The notes beneath the pieces were generated by a model. It ran no database searches. It saw only the letters and a program-made list of their open reading frames with translations, and was not told the origin of the DNA. 64,000 bases of DNA, taken from Candidatus Latescibacterota bacterium (GTDB lineage: Bacteria; Latescibacterota; UBA2968; GCA-2709665). Below, piece by piece: positions 39,545-49,786 of the stretch; within the stretch, counting starts at the first letter, position 1, and the number at the start of each line of letters is the position of its first letter. Position numbers and translations under genes: made by a program. Location: contig OZ242180.1 in the NCBI GenBank assembly GCA_965205485.1, positions 544,001-608,000 on the forward strand. The letters are read 5' to 3'.

Positions 39545-41797
39545 ATGGCGCAACCGAATGACGCAAACGCAGGGAAGTCCCGATCGCTACCGGGCATTAC
39601 GCCGGCGGCGCGCACCATGGACCGCATCGGACGCTGGGTGATCGCCGTAGGCGGAGTGGGGGTGATCCTGGTTGTGCTGGGCATTCTGGCGTTTGTGCTC
39701 CGCGAAGCATATCCGCTCTTCCTGTCGCCTGCGCCTGCAACGATCGTGACGAGCCACACCGTGGACGGCAGTGCGGATCAAAGACCGCTGGCGGCGGGCG
39801 CCGACCCGTATCGCGAGGTTGCCTATCTGGTGCGTCCGGACGGGATCGAGTTCATCCGGCTGGCAACGGGGGAGACCATTCGTCGGGAACGCGGCGACAT
39901 TTTTCAGGATCGCCGCGTGGTGTCAGCTCGGCCTTCGCTTACGGACGGAACCCTTGGTCTGGGCATGTCGGATGGTCACATTGCCGCGGTCAAGGTCCAT
40001 TATCGCGTGACCTACCCGGAAGGCATACGTTTCGTCACGCCGGAGCTGGATATTCAGGGAAACGTGGCGCTGGACCGGGAGGGCGAACCCGTCACCCGTG
40101 TTTCTTATCGGACCGACGGTGCGCGCCGGTCGACCGCCGCGGGGATCACGTCGTCGGGACGGCTTCTGGTGGCGGGAATGATGAAGAGGAGGGGTCTGCT
40201 GGGCGGCGGAAAGCTCGATACATACACTTACGACCTGACGGCCCAGGTCGACGGTACGCCAACAACCGTGCTCGTGGACGGGAGCGGTCGGCATCTTCTG
40301 GCCGGCACGGACCGTGGAGAAGTGTATTGCTGGGACGCACAGGACGTGCGGGCGCCACCTTCCCTCGTGCAGCGGTTCCGTGCTTCGGACCTGGCGATTA
40401 CGGCCCTCGCTTTTGTTCTTGGCGACGTATCGGTGGTTGTGGGCGACGCCGGCGGACACGTCAGCACCTGGTTTCCGGTGCGCGGTCCGGACGGCAGTGT
40501 TTACGCGTCGTATCGAAAGATACACGTCTTTCGTTCGCATCGTACTGCCGTGAGCGCGATCGCGCCATCCGCGCGCGACAAACAGTTTCTGACGGGCAGC
40601 GCCGGCGGACACGTGATGCTGCATCACATGACGTCCGCCCAGACGTTCTTCAGCGTGGCGAGCGGATCGAACGTAACCGGTCTTACGTTTGCACCCAAGG
40701 CAGACGGGTTTCTGTGTCTGGACGGCGACGGACGGTTGAACCACTATCGGTTGTCCAATCCGCATCCTGAAGTGACGCTGAAGACATTGTTCGGCAAAGT
40801 CTGGTACGAGGGATATGGCGAACCCGAGTACGTCTGGCAGTCAACGGGAGGGACCGACGAGTTCGAACCCAAATTGAGTATTATTCCTCTGGCGTACGGT
40901 ACGGCGAAGGGTACGTTTTACGCGATGTTTTTCGCGCTGCCCCTGGCTGTGCTCGCCGCCATCTACACGTCCGAGTTCGCCCACCCGCGAGTGCGCGACG
41001 TGGTCAAACCCACGGTGGAGTTGATGGCATCCCTGCCCAGCGTGATTCTCGGGTTTCTGGGTGGTCTCTGGCTGGCGCCGTTGCTGGAGCGCCACGTGGT
41101 AGGGGTTTTGCTGCTTTTGCCGACCGTGGCGCTGACGATCGTCTCCGCTTCCTGGGTCTGGTCCAGGCTGCCCGGCCAGCTGAAGAACCGATTGCCGGGA
41201 CCGGAGGTGTTCTACGTGGCGGTGTCCCTGGTGGGCATCTGGTTGGCTCTGGCGCTCGGGCCCTGGATGGAAGGCGCGCTCTGGGGCGGTAACTTTCAAC
41301 GCTGGCTGTCGGACTCCGCCGATAGCCGCTATGACCAGCGGAATTGCCTGGTTGTGGGTTTCGCCATGGGCTTTGCCGTGATCCCCATCATCTATACGAT
41401 CTGCGAAGACGCACTGACAAGCGTACCCGCGCACCTGAGGGCCGGATCTCTGGCTCTGGGCGCAACGCCATGGCAGACGGCCGTTCGCGTGGTGCTCCCC
41501 ACGGCCAGCCCGGGGATTTTTTCCGCGACGATGATTGGCTTCGGGCGGGCGGTCGGCGAGACGATGATCGTCCTCATGGCAACGGGCAATACGCCCATCA
41601 TGGAATGGAGCATCTTCAACGGGATGCGCACCATGTCGGCCAACATCGCCGTGGAGATTCCCGAGGCGCCGCACGAGGGTACGCTCTACCGCGTGCTCTT
41701 TCTGACCGGTGTCCTGCTTGCGGGTGTGACGTTCATCGTCAACACCGTAGCGGAAATCGTGCGGCAGCGGCTTCGGGAACGGTACAGCAGGATTTAA
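39545..41797 (+). CDS. pstC: Phosphate ABC transporter permease PstC, long form with beta-propeller insert
   Basis: KPTVELMASLPSVILG, EDAL..VP..GSLALGATPWQT, GRAVGETMIVLMATGN. Confidence 0.92.
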   Translation: MAQPNDANAGKSRSLPGITPAARTMDRIGRWVIAVGGVGVILVVLGILAFVLREAYPLFLSPAPATIVTSHTVDGSADQRPLAAGADPYREVAYLVRPDGIEFIRLATGETIRRERGDIFQDRRVVSARPSLTDGTLGLGMSDGHIAAVKVHYRVTYPEGIRFVTPELDIQGNVALDREGEPVTRVSYRTDGARRSTAAGITSSGRLLVAGMMKRRGLLGGGKLDTYTYDLTAQVDGTPTTVLVDGSGRHLLAGTDRGEVYCWDAQDVRAPPSLVQRFRASDLAITALAFVLGDVSVVVGDAGGHVSTWFPVRGPDGSVYASYRKIHVFRSHRTAVSAIAPSARDKQFLTGSAGGHVMLHHMTSAQTFFSVASGSNVTGLTFAPKADGFLCLDGDGRLNHYRLSNPHPEVTLKTLFGKVWYEGYGEPEYVWQSTGGTDEFEPKLSIIPLAYGTAKGTFYAMFFALPLAVLAAIYTSEFAHPRVRDVVKPTVELMASLPSVILGFLGGLWLAPLLERHVVGVLLLLPTVALTIVSASWVWSRLPGQLKNRLPGPEVFYVAVSLVGIWLALALGPWMEGALWGGNFQRWLSDSADSRYDQRNCLVVGFAMGFAVIPIIYTICEDALTSVPAHLRAGSLALGATPWQTAVRVVLPTASPGIFSATMIGFGRAVGETMIVLMATGNTPIMEWSIFNGMRTMSANIAVEIPEAPHEGTLYRVLFLTGVLLAGVTFIVNTVAEIVRQRLRERYSRI

Positions 41798-41915
41798 TAT
41801 CAAGCGCCTTCGCGCCTTTCAGGCGCGAGTTTGGTAAAATGTACAGCGTATTGTCCTCGGCGGATCCTCGTTTCCGCTTACCGGTCGCCCGAAGACCGCG
41901 TCCGGAGTCAATCGA

Positions 41916-43520
41916 ATGAACGGTTTCTGGAAGTCCGGACAGGCGTATATCTGGCTGACGGGCGGCGCGCTCGCGTTCTGCGTCCTGATGATTGCAGGTC
42001 TGATCGGCCTGGTGGTCTATAACGGACTCGGCTTTTTCTGGCCCGCCGAGCTGACGGCGTTTCGTCTCAATGGCGGCGTCCGCGTGATGGGACAGATTTG
42101 GGACCGTCAGGAGATTCCCGATCGCGACGGGGAACACCGGGTTCAATTGAGGGTGGCGAACCGGGACGCGTACGGAATTGACTTCAGGTGGGTCAACGAA
42201 TCAGGTATACTGGAACGAACGCAGCCAGTGGACGCGGTGGTATTCGAGCGGCGGGAATGGGGGCATCTTTTCGGTTTCCTGGAAGCCGTATACGAAGGCG
42301 AGGACAAAGTGGCCGGAGGCGGCCCTGCCGGCTGGGCGGCGTTTCAGAAGGAGTTGCGGCGTACGGGCGCGCTTTTGAATCAGGTTCGGGACATCGAGCA
42401 CAACGCGATTTCGGACCTCAACCGGCGGATCGAGCAGCTTCGTCTGGAAAAGCGAAGGCTCGAACTGGCGCCGGACGCGCGGCAGGAACAGGTATCTCGA
42501 CTCGACGTCAAAAACCGTGAATATTGGACGCGGTACGAATCTCTCGCGGCCGAACTGAACCGCCTGAGGGCCGAGAGTGAAGTCCCGCAACTGGACGTCC
42601 GGCTGGCGGGCGGGGAGATAAGACGGGTGGCGGTGGCGGACGTCGTGCGCGCATATCGGCCCAACAGTCTGGGCGTCTTCGGCAAGACGGGCGTGTACCT
42701 GGAACGGTCCTGGGAATTCCTGTCTGCCGAACCTCGTGAATCCAACACCGAAGGCGGCGTGTTCCCGGCGATCTTCGGTACCGTAATGATGGTCATTCTG
42801 ATGAGTCTTGCGGCGGTGCCGTTCGGGGTTCTGGCGGCGCTCTACCTGCGCGAATACGCCCGGCAGGGCCCACTCGTTCGAGCGATCCGGATCGCGGTCA
42901 ACAATCTCGCCGGAGTTCCCTCGATCGTCTTCGGAATGTTCGGTCTGGGATTCTTCGTCTACGGCGTTGGCGGCAACCTGGACCGGCTCTTCTTCCCCGA
43001 GGCGCTGCCCGCCCCCACGTTCGGCACGGGCGGGATCCTCTGGGCGTCGCTGACCCTGGCTCTTCTGACCGTACCGGTGATGATCGTCGCTTCCGAGGAA
43101 GCCCTGGCCTCCGTTCCGGGGGATGTGAGGGAGGGCTCGCTTGCGCTGGGCGCCACACAGTTTCAGACCATCTGGCGGGTGGTCCTCCCAGCGGCGCTGC
43201 CGGGCATTCTGACGGGCATCGTTCTCGTTGTGGCCAGGGGCGCGGGGGAGGTGGCGCCTTTGATGATTACGGGCGTGGTCAAGCTTGCGCCAACCCTGCC
43301 GGTGGACGGCGCCTGGCCGTTTTTTCACCTGGAGCGCAAGTTCATGCACCTGGGTTTCCATATCTATGACGTGGGCTTCCAGTCGCCCAACGTGGAGGCG
43401 GCCCGTCCGATGGTCTATACCACGACCCTGTTACTGATGTTCATCGTGCTTGCGCTGAACCTGACCGCGATCCAGGTCCGGTCGCGCCTGCGCAAGCGAT
43501 ACCAGAAAATCGGTCTGTAA
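41916..43520 (+). CDS. pstA: Phosphate ABC transporter permease PstA, long form
   Basis: GGVFPAIFGT, NNLAGVPSIVFG, EEAL..REGSLALGAT, ARGAGEVAPL. Confidence 0.93.
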   Translation: MNGFWKSGQAYIWLTGGALAFCVLMIAGLIGLVVYNGLGFFWPAELTAFRLNGGVRVMGQIWDRQEIPDRDGEHRVQLRVANRDAYGIDFRWVNESGILERTQPVDAVVFERREWGHLFGFLEAVYEGEDKVAGGGPAGWAAFQKELRRTGALLNQVRDIEHNAISDLNRRIEQLRLEKRRLELAPDARQEQVSRLDVKNREYWTRYESLAAELNRLRAESEVPQLDVRLAGGEIRRVAVADVVRAYRPNSLGVFGKTGVYLERSWEFLSAEPRESNTEGGVFPAIFGTVMMVILMSLAAVPFGVLAALYLREYARQGPLVRAIRIAVNNLAGVPSIVFGMFGLGFFVYGVGGNLDRLFFPEALPAPTFGTGGILWASLTLALLTVPVMIVASEEALASVPGDVREGSLALGATQFQTIWRVVLPAALPGILTGIVLVVARGAGEVAPLMITGVVKLAPTLPVDGAWPFFHLERKFMHLGFHIYDVGFQSPNVEAARPMVYTTTLLLMFIVLALNLTAIQVRSRLRKRYQKIGL

Positions 43521-43598
43521 CGGCTTCGCGCGTGGAATCATCGAGATGCGCGATCTGAACGGATCTCAAGAGGGACATTCAATCAGGAGTCAACAAGG

Positions 43599-44411
43599 AT
43601 GGACGTTGAAACAACGGCGCAGGACGCAGGTTTGGCGCAGGACGGCTCTGAAATCGAGAATCCCGTCGTAGAAGTAGATTCTCTGAACCTGTACTACGGC
43701 GACGCCCAGGCCCTGCACGACGTCAGTCTGACCGTGCCTCGACACAACGTCACCGCGTTTATCGGACCCTCGGGCTGCGGAAAGTCGACGCTGCTCCGAT
43801 GTATGAACCGATTGAACGATCTGATCGACTCGGTGAGGATAGACGGCGCGGTCCGCATCGAAGGGGAGGACATCTATGCCCACGGCTACGATGTGATTTC
43901 ACTTCGACGGCTGGTGGGGATGGTGTTTCAGAAGTCGAATCCGTTTCCCAAGTCAATCTACGAAAACGTGGTGTACGGGTTGCGGATCGCCGGGGAGAAT
44001 CGACGTACCGTCCTGGACGAGGTGGCGGAGCGAAGCCTCCGCGCGGCAGCGCTGTGGGACGAGGTCAAGGATCGACTGGAAGAGTCGGCGCTCGGGCTTT
44101 CCGGAGGGCAGCAGCAGCGGCTTTGCATCGCCCGGGCGATCGCCGTGGAACCTTCCGTGATTCTGATGGATGAACCCTGTTCGGCGCTCGACCCGATTGC
44201 AACCGGGCGAATTGAGGAGACGATCGAGGAGTTGAAGAGACAATACACCATTGCGATTGTTACCCACAACCTCCAGCAGGCTTCCCGTATCTCGGACTGG
44301 ACGGCCTTCTTTTACCTGGGAAAGCTGGTGGAACACTCGCGTACCGAGGAGATGTTCACGAACCCGGGGCTGAAGCAGACGGAGGACTATGTGACCGGCA
44401 GGTTCGGTTAG
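43599..44411 (+). CDS. pstB: Phosphate ABC transporter ATP-binding protein
   Basis: [50 protein letters not shown]. Confidence 0.97.
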   Translation: MDVETTAQDAGLAQDGSEIENPVVEVDSLNLYYGDAQALHDVSLTVPRHNVTAFIGPSGCGKSTLLRCMNRLNDLIDSVRIDGAVRIEGEDIYAHGYDVISLRRLVGMVFQKSNPFPKSIYENVVYGLRIAGENRRTVLDEVAERSLRAAALWDEVKDRLEESALGLSGGQQQRLCIARAIAVEPSVILMDEPCSALDPIATGRIEETIEELKRQYTIAIVTHNLQQASRISDWTAFFYLGKLVEHSRTEEMFTNPGLKQTEDYVTGRFG

Positions 44412-44571
44412 CAGCCCGTTGAAAAAGTCCATCCGGGCTGCGGCCGGCCCTTGCGGTCGAAATACTGTGTTGCGCTCCCTCGCCGAATCGAGGGATGGGA
44501 CTCGGTCGCGCGCCTTGTCTTCGGCCACAATGGCTCGGCCTCGCCTGCAGAGCGACTTTCTCAACGGACTG
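44412..44571. mobile_element. MITE-like element (160 bp)
   Basis: TIRs CAGCCCGTTGAAAAAGTC / GACTTTCTCAACGGACTG (16/18 match); flanks TTAG/TCAG; begins immediately after the pstB stop. Confidence 0.7.
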
Positions 44572-44626
44572 TCAGTCGAAACGCCGTACTGCGAATTAAC
44601 GCGGGGTTTATCAAACAGGATGCGCT

Positions 44627-45307
44627 ATGGAACGGACACTCGATCAGAGGTTGGAGCATCTTAAAAGCGAATTGCTGAAGATGGGCGGCGCCGTCGAAGC
44701 GTCCATTGCACAAGCCGTCAAGAGCCTGGAATACAGAGACGATGATCTGGCGGAGGCCGTAATTTCCGGCGGCAAGACGATCGATGATTGGGAAGTGGCA
44801 ATTGAAGAGGATCTATTGAAGCTGCTGGCCGTGACCCAACCCGTTGCAGGCGATCTGCGCTTGATCGCGACCGTCATGAAAATCAACTACGACCTCGAAC
44901 GGATCAACGATCAGTCGGTGAATATCGCGGAACGCGCCTTTGCACTCAACCGGACGTCCCCGCTGAAACCGCTTATCGATATCCCCAGGATGGCGGAACT
45001 CGTCCGTGGCATGGTCAAGGATGCGCTGGATGCCTTTGTTAACAGAAACGTGGAGTTGGCGAACGACGTGCGGAAGCGCGACGACGTGGTGGACGGCTTG
45101 AGGGATCAGATTTTCAGGGAGTTGCTGACGTATCTCCACTATCGCGCGGAGACAGACGCCATCGATCGTGCGATCCATTTGATTCTGGTTTCCCGGCACC
45201 TGGAGCGCATGGGAGACCATGCGTCCAATATCGCTGAGAACGCCGTGTACCTGGTGCAGGGGCGGATCGTGCGGCACCAGAAGGAGAAGATCGGCGAAGA
45301 GGAATAG
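44627..45307 (+). CDS. phoU: Phosphate signalling complex protein PhoU
   Basis: QPVAGDLR, DLERINDQSVNIA, DDVVD, LERMGDHASNIAE. Confidence 0.95.
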   Translation: MERTLDQRLEHLKSELLKMGGAVEASIAQAVKSLEYRDDDLAEAVISGGKTIDDWEVAIEEDLLKLLAVTQPVAGDLRLIATVMKINYDLERINDQSVNIAERAFALNRTSPLKPLIDIPRMAELVRGMVKDALDAFVNRNVELANDVRKRDDVVDGLRDQIFRELLTYLHYRAETDAIDRAIHLILVSRHLERMGDHASNIAENAVYLVQGRIVRHQKEKIGEEE

Positions 45308-45392
45308 CCGATTGGAAGGGCGGCCACTTGCGGCGAGAGGCTTCGCGACTTCGCGAGGGTGGCAATCCTTGTACGAGCAGGTCTGAATTCAG

Positions 45393-45425
45393 AACCGCGA
45401 GCCTGGTAACGGCTGCGGTTTTTTT
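45393..45425 (+). terminator. Rho-independent terminator of the pst-phoU operon
   Basis: AACCGC(G)AGCC/GGCTGCGGTT stem followed by a T run. Confidence 0.6.
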
Positions 45426-45528
45426 ATGGATCACGGATGCCCTCCAGGAAGCGAAAAAGGCTTGTGAAGCGGTTCCAAACCCGTATATTTAGACGATCGT
45501 ACCCATTCTGCCGGAGGGTTTCTTCTCA

Positions 45529-46089
45529 GTGGCGAGCGACAATAACGCGCATCACCCGGGCGGTGTCCGTTTCTGCGAACGATGCAGCGCGGCGCTCGTG
45601 CTGAGACCGGTCGAAGGCCATAGCCGCCCCGTCTGTCCGGCCTGTGAGTTCGTGGTCTACCTGGACCCGAAAGTGGCGGCCGGCGTGATCGTGACGCTGG
45701 ATGACGAGGTCGTGCTCCTGAAACGGGGCATCGAACCCGGGTTGGGGAAGTGGGTCTTTCCCGGCGGATATGTCGATCGGGGCGAACCGGTTGAAGCCGC
45801 GGCGGCCCGGGAAGCAATGGAAGAGGTGGGGCTGGAGGTTGAGATCGAAGACCTGCTCGGCGTCTATTCCTACCCGAACGTAACCGCGGTCCTGGTCGTG
45901 TACACGGGCGTCGTGGTCGGAGGCAGACTGGCGGGGAATTTCGAGACGCTGGAGGTGCGGACGTACCCTCCAGGACGGATTCCCTGGTCCGAACTTGCAT
46001 TTCGCAGCACGGTCGAGGCGCTTCGCGCATGGATGGCGCGATACGTGAAAAGCGACGGTAAAAAGTCGGTCCCTGGGCAGCTTCTGTGA
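45529..46089 (+). CDS. NUDIX hydrolase with N-terminal zinc ribbon
   Basis: CERC..CPAC; PGGYVDRGE..AAAREAMEEVGL. Confidence 0.9.
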   Translation: MASDNNAHHPGGVRFCERCSAALVLRPVEGHSRPVCPACEFVVYLDPKVAAGVIVTLDDEVVLLKRGIEPGLGKWVFPGGYVDRGEPVEAAAAREAMEEVGLEVEIEDLLGVYSYPNVTAVLVVYTGVVVGGRLAGNFETLEVRTYPPGRIPWSELAFRSTVEALRAWMARYVKSDGKKSVPGQLL

Positions 46090-46108
46090 GAGGGGAGATA
46101 CGGGTCGG

Positions 46109-47023
46109 ATGTTAAAGTCAATAGAGGAAGTCGAGGCGCGGTTTGGCGGGGAGGGATATATCGCGGATCGGACGCTGGCCACAACGGTCTATCTGGCCGT
46201 GGCGCTTGGAAAACCGATATTTCTGGAGGGCGAGCCAGGGGTAGGCAAGACAGAGGTCGCCAAGGTCATGGCGCAGATCCTGGAAACGGATCTGATCAGG
46301 TTGCAGTGTTACGAGGGGCTGGACGCGAATACGGCTCTGTACGAATGGAATTACCCGAGACAGATGCTGGAGATGCGCCTGGAGGAGGCCCGCGGCATCG
46401 AAAAACAGGAGATTGGCCGCAGCATTTTCAGCGAGGATTTCCTTCTGAAACGGCCACTTTTACGGGCCATTCAGGGTAGCGGAAGCAACCCGCCGGTGCT
46501 GTTGATCGACGAGGTTGACCGGTCCGACGAAGAGTTCGAGGCCTTTCTGCTGGAAGTGCTGTCGGACTTCCAGATTACGATCCCAGAGATCGGCACGATT
46601 GCCGCCCAGAAGGTGCCGTTCGTCGTGCTCACCTCCAACCGTACGCGCGAGCTGCACGATGCGCTCAAACGGCGTTGCCTCTACCTGTGGATCGACTATC
46701 CCACGTTCAAGAAAGAAATGGAAATCGTCGCGTCGCGGGTTCCGCGGATTCAGTCCGGGCTGGCGCAGCAGGTGTGCGGGTTCATGCAACTGATGCGCAC
46801 ACGCGATTTCTACAAGCGGCCGGGCATTGCGGAAACCATCGATTGGGCGCTGGCATTGATGCAGATGGAAATCGACGAACTCGATACCGATACCGTGAAC
46901 GCCACACTGGGCTGCGTGCTGAAGTACAAGGAAGACATAGAGAAACTCCAGGAGGACGGTCTGCCGCAGATCATCGAAAAGGCGCGGGCGCTCAAAGATC
47001 GGGCGATGCGGCTGAAGAACTAG
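46109..47023 (+). CDS. MoxR family AAA+ ATPase, CoxD-like
   Basis: LEGEPGVGKTEVAK, IRLQCYEGLD..ALYEWNY, LLIDEVDR, LTSNRTRELHDALKRRC. Confidence 0.9.
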   Translation: MLKSIEEVEARFGGEGYIADRTLATTVYLAVALGKPIFLEGEPGVGKTEVAKVMAQILETDLIRLQCYEGLDANTALYEWNYPRQMLEMRLEEARGIEKQEIGRSIFSEDFLLKRPLLRAIQGSGSNPPVLLIDEVDRSDEEFEAFLLEVLSDFQITIPEIGTIAAQKVPFVVLTSNRTRELHDALKRRCLYLWIDYPTFKKEMEIVASRVPRIQSGLAQQVCGFMQLMRTRDFYKRPGIAETIDWALALMQMEIDELDTDTVNATLGCVLKYKEDIEKLQEDGLPQIIEKARALKDRAMRLKN

Positions 47024-47064
47024 CGAAAAGACGGACTCGGAGGCCTTCCCATGGGTTGGACCGA

Positions 47065-48219
47065 ATGAATACGGTACGGGTTGAAGACGGGAGCATGATG
47101 GGACGGGTGGTTGCCTTTTCGCGCGCGTTGCACAGGGCGGGCGTGGACGTGAATTCGGGCAATCTGATCGACTTCTGTCAGAGTTTCAGGTTCATCGATA
47201 TCGGCAGGCGCGGAGATTTCTATGCGGCCGCCCGTGCCACGCTGGTCTCCCGTTTCGACGACCTGGAGACGTTCGACCGCGTATTTCACGCATACTGGAG
47301 TTCCCCCGTCAGCACACTTGAAATGGAGGTCGGCGAGGAAGAAACCGACGATCAGAATCTGGATGTGTCGGACCAACTCGACGAGCCGGTCGAAACCGCG
47401 GAAGAGGAAGAGCAAGACACGGACGGCGAGGGAGATTCCGACGAGATCGGTTACAGTCCCGACGAAGTATTGATGCGCAAGGACCTGGCCGCCATGAGCG
47501 ACAGGGAAATCGAGAAGGCCAGGCAGGTCATCGCGCAGATCGTCGATATCATCGCAAACCGGCGCAGCAGACGGCGGGAGCCGCAGAAGCGGGGCGTGGA
47601 GATCGACTTCCGGAGGACGTGGCGAAGGAACGCGCTCTACGGACGGGACGGCGTGGCCCTTGCCAGGCGACGGCGGCGGATCAAGAAAACGAAGCTGATG
47701 CTGTTGTGCGACGTCAGCGGGTCGATGGACTGCTACAGCCAGTTCCTGATTCAGTTCATCTACGCGCTGAAGCGGGAAATCCGCGACGTCGAGGTGGGCG
47801 TATTCTCCACGCGTATGACCCCGATTTCCAGGCTGCTGAAGAACAAGAGCGTGGAAGAATCGCTCCGGGAGGTGGCGGACACGGTACACGACTGGGCCGG
47901 CGGCACGGACATCGGCGGCTGCCTGCGGGAGTTCAACGACCGGTTTGCCCGTGAGATGTTGAAAGCCAGGACCGTGATGATCATCGTCAGCGACGGCTGG
48001 GACCGCGGTGACGCGGACCTCATGCGGCGGGAGATGGAGCGGCTGCGAAGACGCGTACATAAACTGATGTGGCTGAATCCCCTTTTGGGCAGCCCCGGTT
48101 ACCAGCCGCTTTGCCTTGGCATGAAAACGGCCCTGCCCTATCTGGATCATTTCATGGCCGCGCACAATCTGGAAAGTCTTGTGCAGCTGGCGAAAACGTT
48201 GCGTTCGGTCTGGCGATGA
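47065..48219 (+). CDS. VWA-domain CoxE-like protein
   Basis: LCDVSGSM, WAGGTDIG, VSDGWDRGD, WLNPL, AHNLESL. Confidence 0.9.
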   Translation: MNTVRVEDGSMMGRVVAFSRALHRAGVDVNSGNLIDFCQSFRFIDIGRRGDFYAAARATLVSRFDDLETFDRVFHAYWSSPVSTLEMEVGEEETDDQNLDVSDQLDEPVETAEEEEQDTDGEGDSDEIGYSPDEVLMRKDLAAMSDREIEKARQVIAQIVDIIANRRSRRREPQKRGVEIDFRRTWRRNALYGRDGVALARRRRRIKKTKLMLLCDVSGSMDCYSQFLIQFIYALKREIRDVEVGVFSTRMTPISRLLKNKSVEESLREVADTVHDWAGGTDIGGCLREFNDRFAREMLKARTVMIIVSDGWDRGDADLMRREMERLRRRVHKLMWLNPLLGSPGYQPLCLGMKTALPYLDHFMAAHNLESLVQLAKTLRSVWR

Positions 48220-48274
48220 ACTGTTCGATATACCACAAAACGGAATCCCGATCCGGCATTGGTGACTGGAGGAG

Positions 48275-49399
48275 GTGGTTCTGATGAAGGATGTGTTCTC
48301 AGAAGCCCTGGATATGATTTCGTCGGGAGAGAATGCGGCTCTGTCGACGATCGTCTCCAGCAAGGGTTCCCTGCCGATGAGCAAGAAGGCCAAGATGCTC
48401 GTGCGTCCCGATGGCGAGATCGTGGGGACGGTGGGCGGCGGCTGCCTCGAGGCGGATGTCTGGGCCGAAGCACGGGAAGTGATGGAAACGGGCGTACCCA
48501 CGCTTCAGCGGTTTATACTGACCGAAGAACATGCCGGCGAAAACGGGTTGAATTGCGGCGGCAACGTGGAAATCTTCACGGAGCCGCTGTTCAGGGGCCG
48601 TTCCGAGACGGTACTCGAGGCGGTGGCCAAGGTCCGCAAAACCAGGGGATCGGCGGTGCTGGCCACCCTCGTGTCCGGAGGGGATCCCTCGAAATGGAGC
48701 GCCAAGCTGCTCGTCCGCGCAGACGGGACGTCGGTAGGGTCGCTGGGATGGCCGGACGCCGACACCGCAATCCTGAGCGAAGTCGCTGAAATGGAGACGA
48801 TTCCGGAGGACCTGCTCGAGGTGGTTTCGCTGGACGCGGACACATCCGAAGGCCCGCTGAAGGTCTTTATGGAGTCGATCTGCCCGGAGCCCACGCTCTA
48901 CCTCTTTGGAGGCGGGCACGTTTCGTTCGCCATCGCCCGTATCGCGTTCACCGTGGGCTTTCGAATCGTCGTAATCGATGACCGTCCCATGTTCGCCAAC
49001 AGGGAGCGTTTTCCCATGGCGGACGAGACGCTCACGCTGGAAATGGAAACGGCGTTCGAACACCTGCAGATCGACGACCTTTCCTATATTATCGCGGTGA
49101 CCAGAGGACACCAGCACGACAAGCCGATTGTGGAGCAGGCGGTATGGACCGATGCCGCCTACATCGGCATGATCGGCAGCAGGCGCAAGATCGCATTGAT
49201 GTGGAAGGAACTGGAGGCGAAGGGAATCAGCAGGGAGCGCCTTGAGGAGATCCACGCGCCCATCGGACTGGACATTGGCGCGGATTCCCCTGAGGAAATC
49301 GCCATCAGTGTGGTCTCCGAGCTCATTCAGGCCCGCCGTTCCGGTGGCAAGCCCTCGCACGGGGCGAGGTCATTGGCCGGAGCCGCCGCGACATCCTGA
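48275..49399 (+). CDS. XdhC/CoxI/CoxF family molybdoenzyme maturation factor
   Basis: GTVGGGCLE, CGG, FGGGHV, IDDR, TRGHQHD, YIGMIGS, APIGLDIGADSPEEIAIS; start may be 48284. Confidence 0.9.
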   Translation: MVLMKDVFSEALDMISSGENAALSTIVSSKGSLPMSKKAKMLVRPDGEIVGTVGGGCLEADVWAEAREVMETGVPTLQRFILTEEHAGENGLNCGGNVEIFTEPLFRGRSETVLEAVAKVRKTRGSAVLATLVSGGDPSKWSAKLLVRADGTSVGSLGWPDADTAILSEVAEMETIPEDLLEVVSLDADTSEGPLKVFMESICPEPTLYLFGGGHVSFAIARIAFTVGFRIVVIDDRPMFANRERFPMADETLTLEMETAFEHLQIDDLSYIIAVTRGHQHDKPIVEQAVWTDAAYIGMIGSRRKIALMWKELEAKGISRERLEEIHAPIGLDIGADSPEEIAISVVSELIQARRSGGKPSHGARSLAGAAATS

Positions 49400-49698
49400 T
49401 CTCAATGCGGGAGTAGAGTTAAGACATAAGGGAGAGGTCGCCGCCGCACCGCGCCCGTATCGCGCCCGCTTTCGTGATCCATTCCTGTGTCACCACGAGC
49501 GATAGCCCGGCATCCAGGGCATGATACGGGAAAGTGATCTACCCTTCCTTTTCCCTTTTCCCTTCTTCCTTTTTCCTTTTCTGAATAGGCGCGTTCGGCC
49601 GCTCGGGTTGGCGTTTCACGCCAAAGTCCCGGGCGGTTTCTTTTTTGTATTTGTGGTATATTATTAAAAAACAATTATTTAATTTTAAACGTGATTCT

Positions 49699-49714
49699 TG
49701 GCACGGCATTTGTA
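49699..49714 (+). promoter_or_regulatory. Sigma-54 (-24/-12) promoter of pspA
   Basis: TGGCACG-GCAT-TTGTA, preceded by a very AT-rich tract (about 49640-49690, IHF-site-like). Confidence 0.7.
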
Positions 49715-49786
49715 TTGTACGGAGGCAGCGCGGAGAAGCACATACGCGGGAGGAAACACCTCACCAACTATTGAAAGGAGACCGGC

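Noticed and set aside
39545..43520. Unusually long PstC (propeller insert) and PstA (coiled-coil insert)
   Set aside because: Known long-form Pst permeases, as in Pseudomonas-type pst operons.
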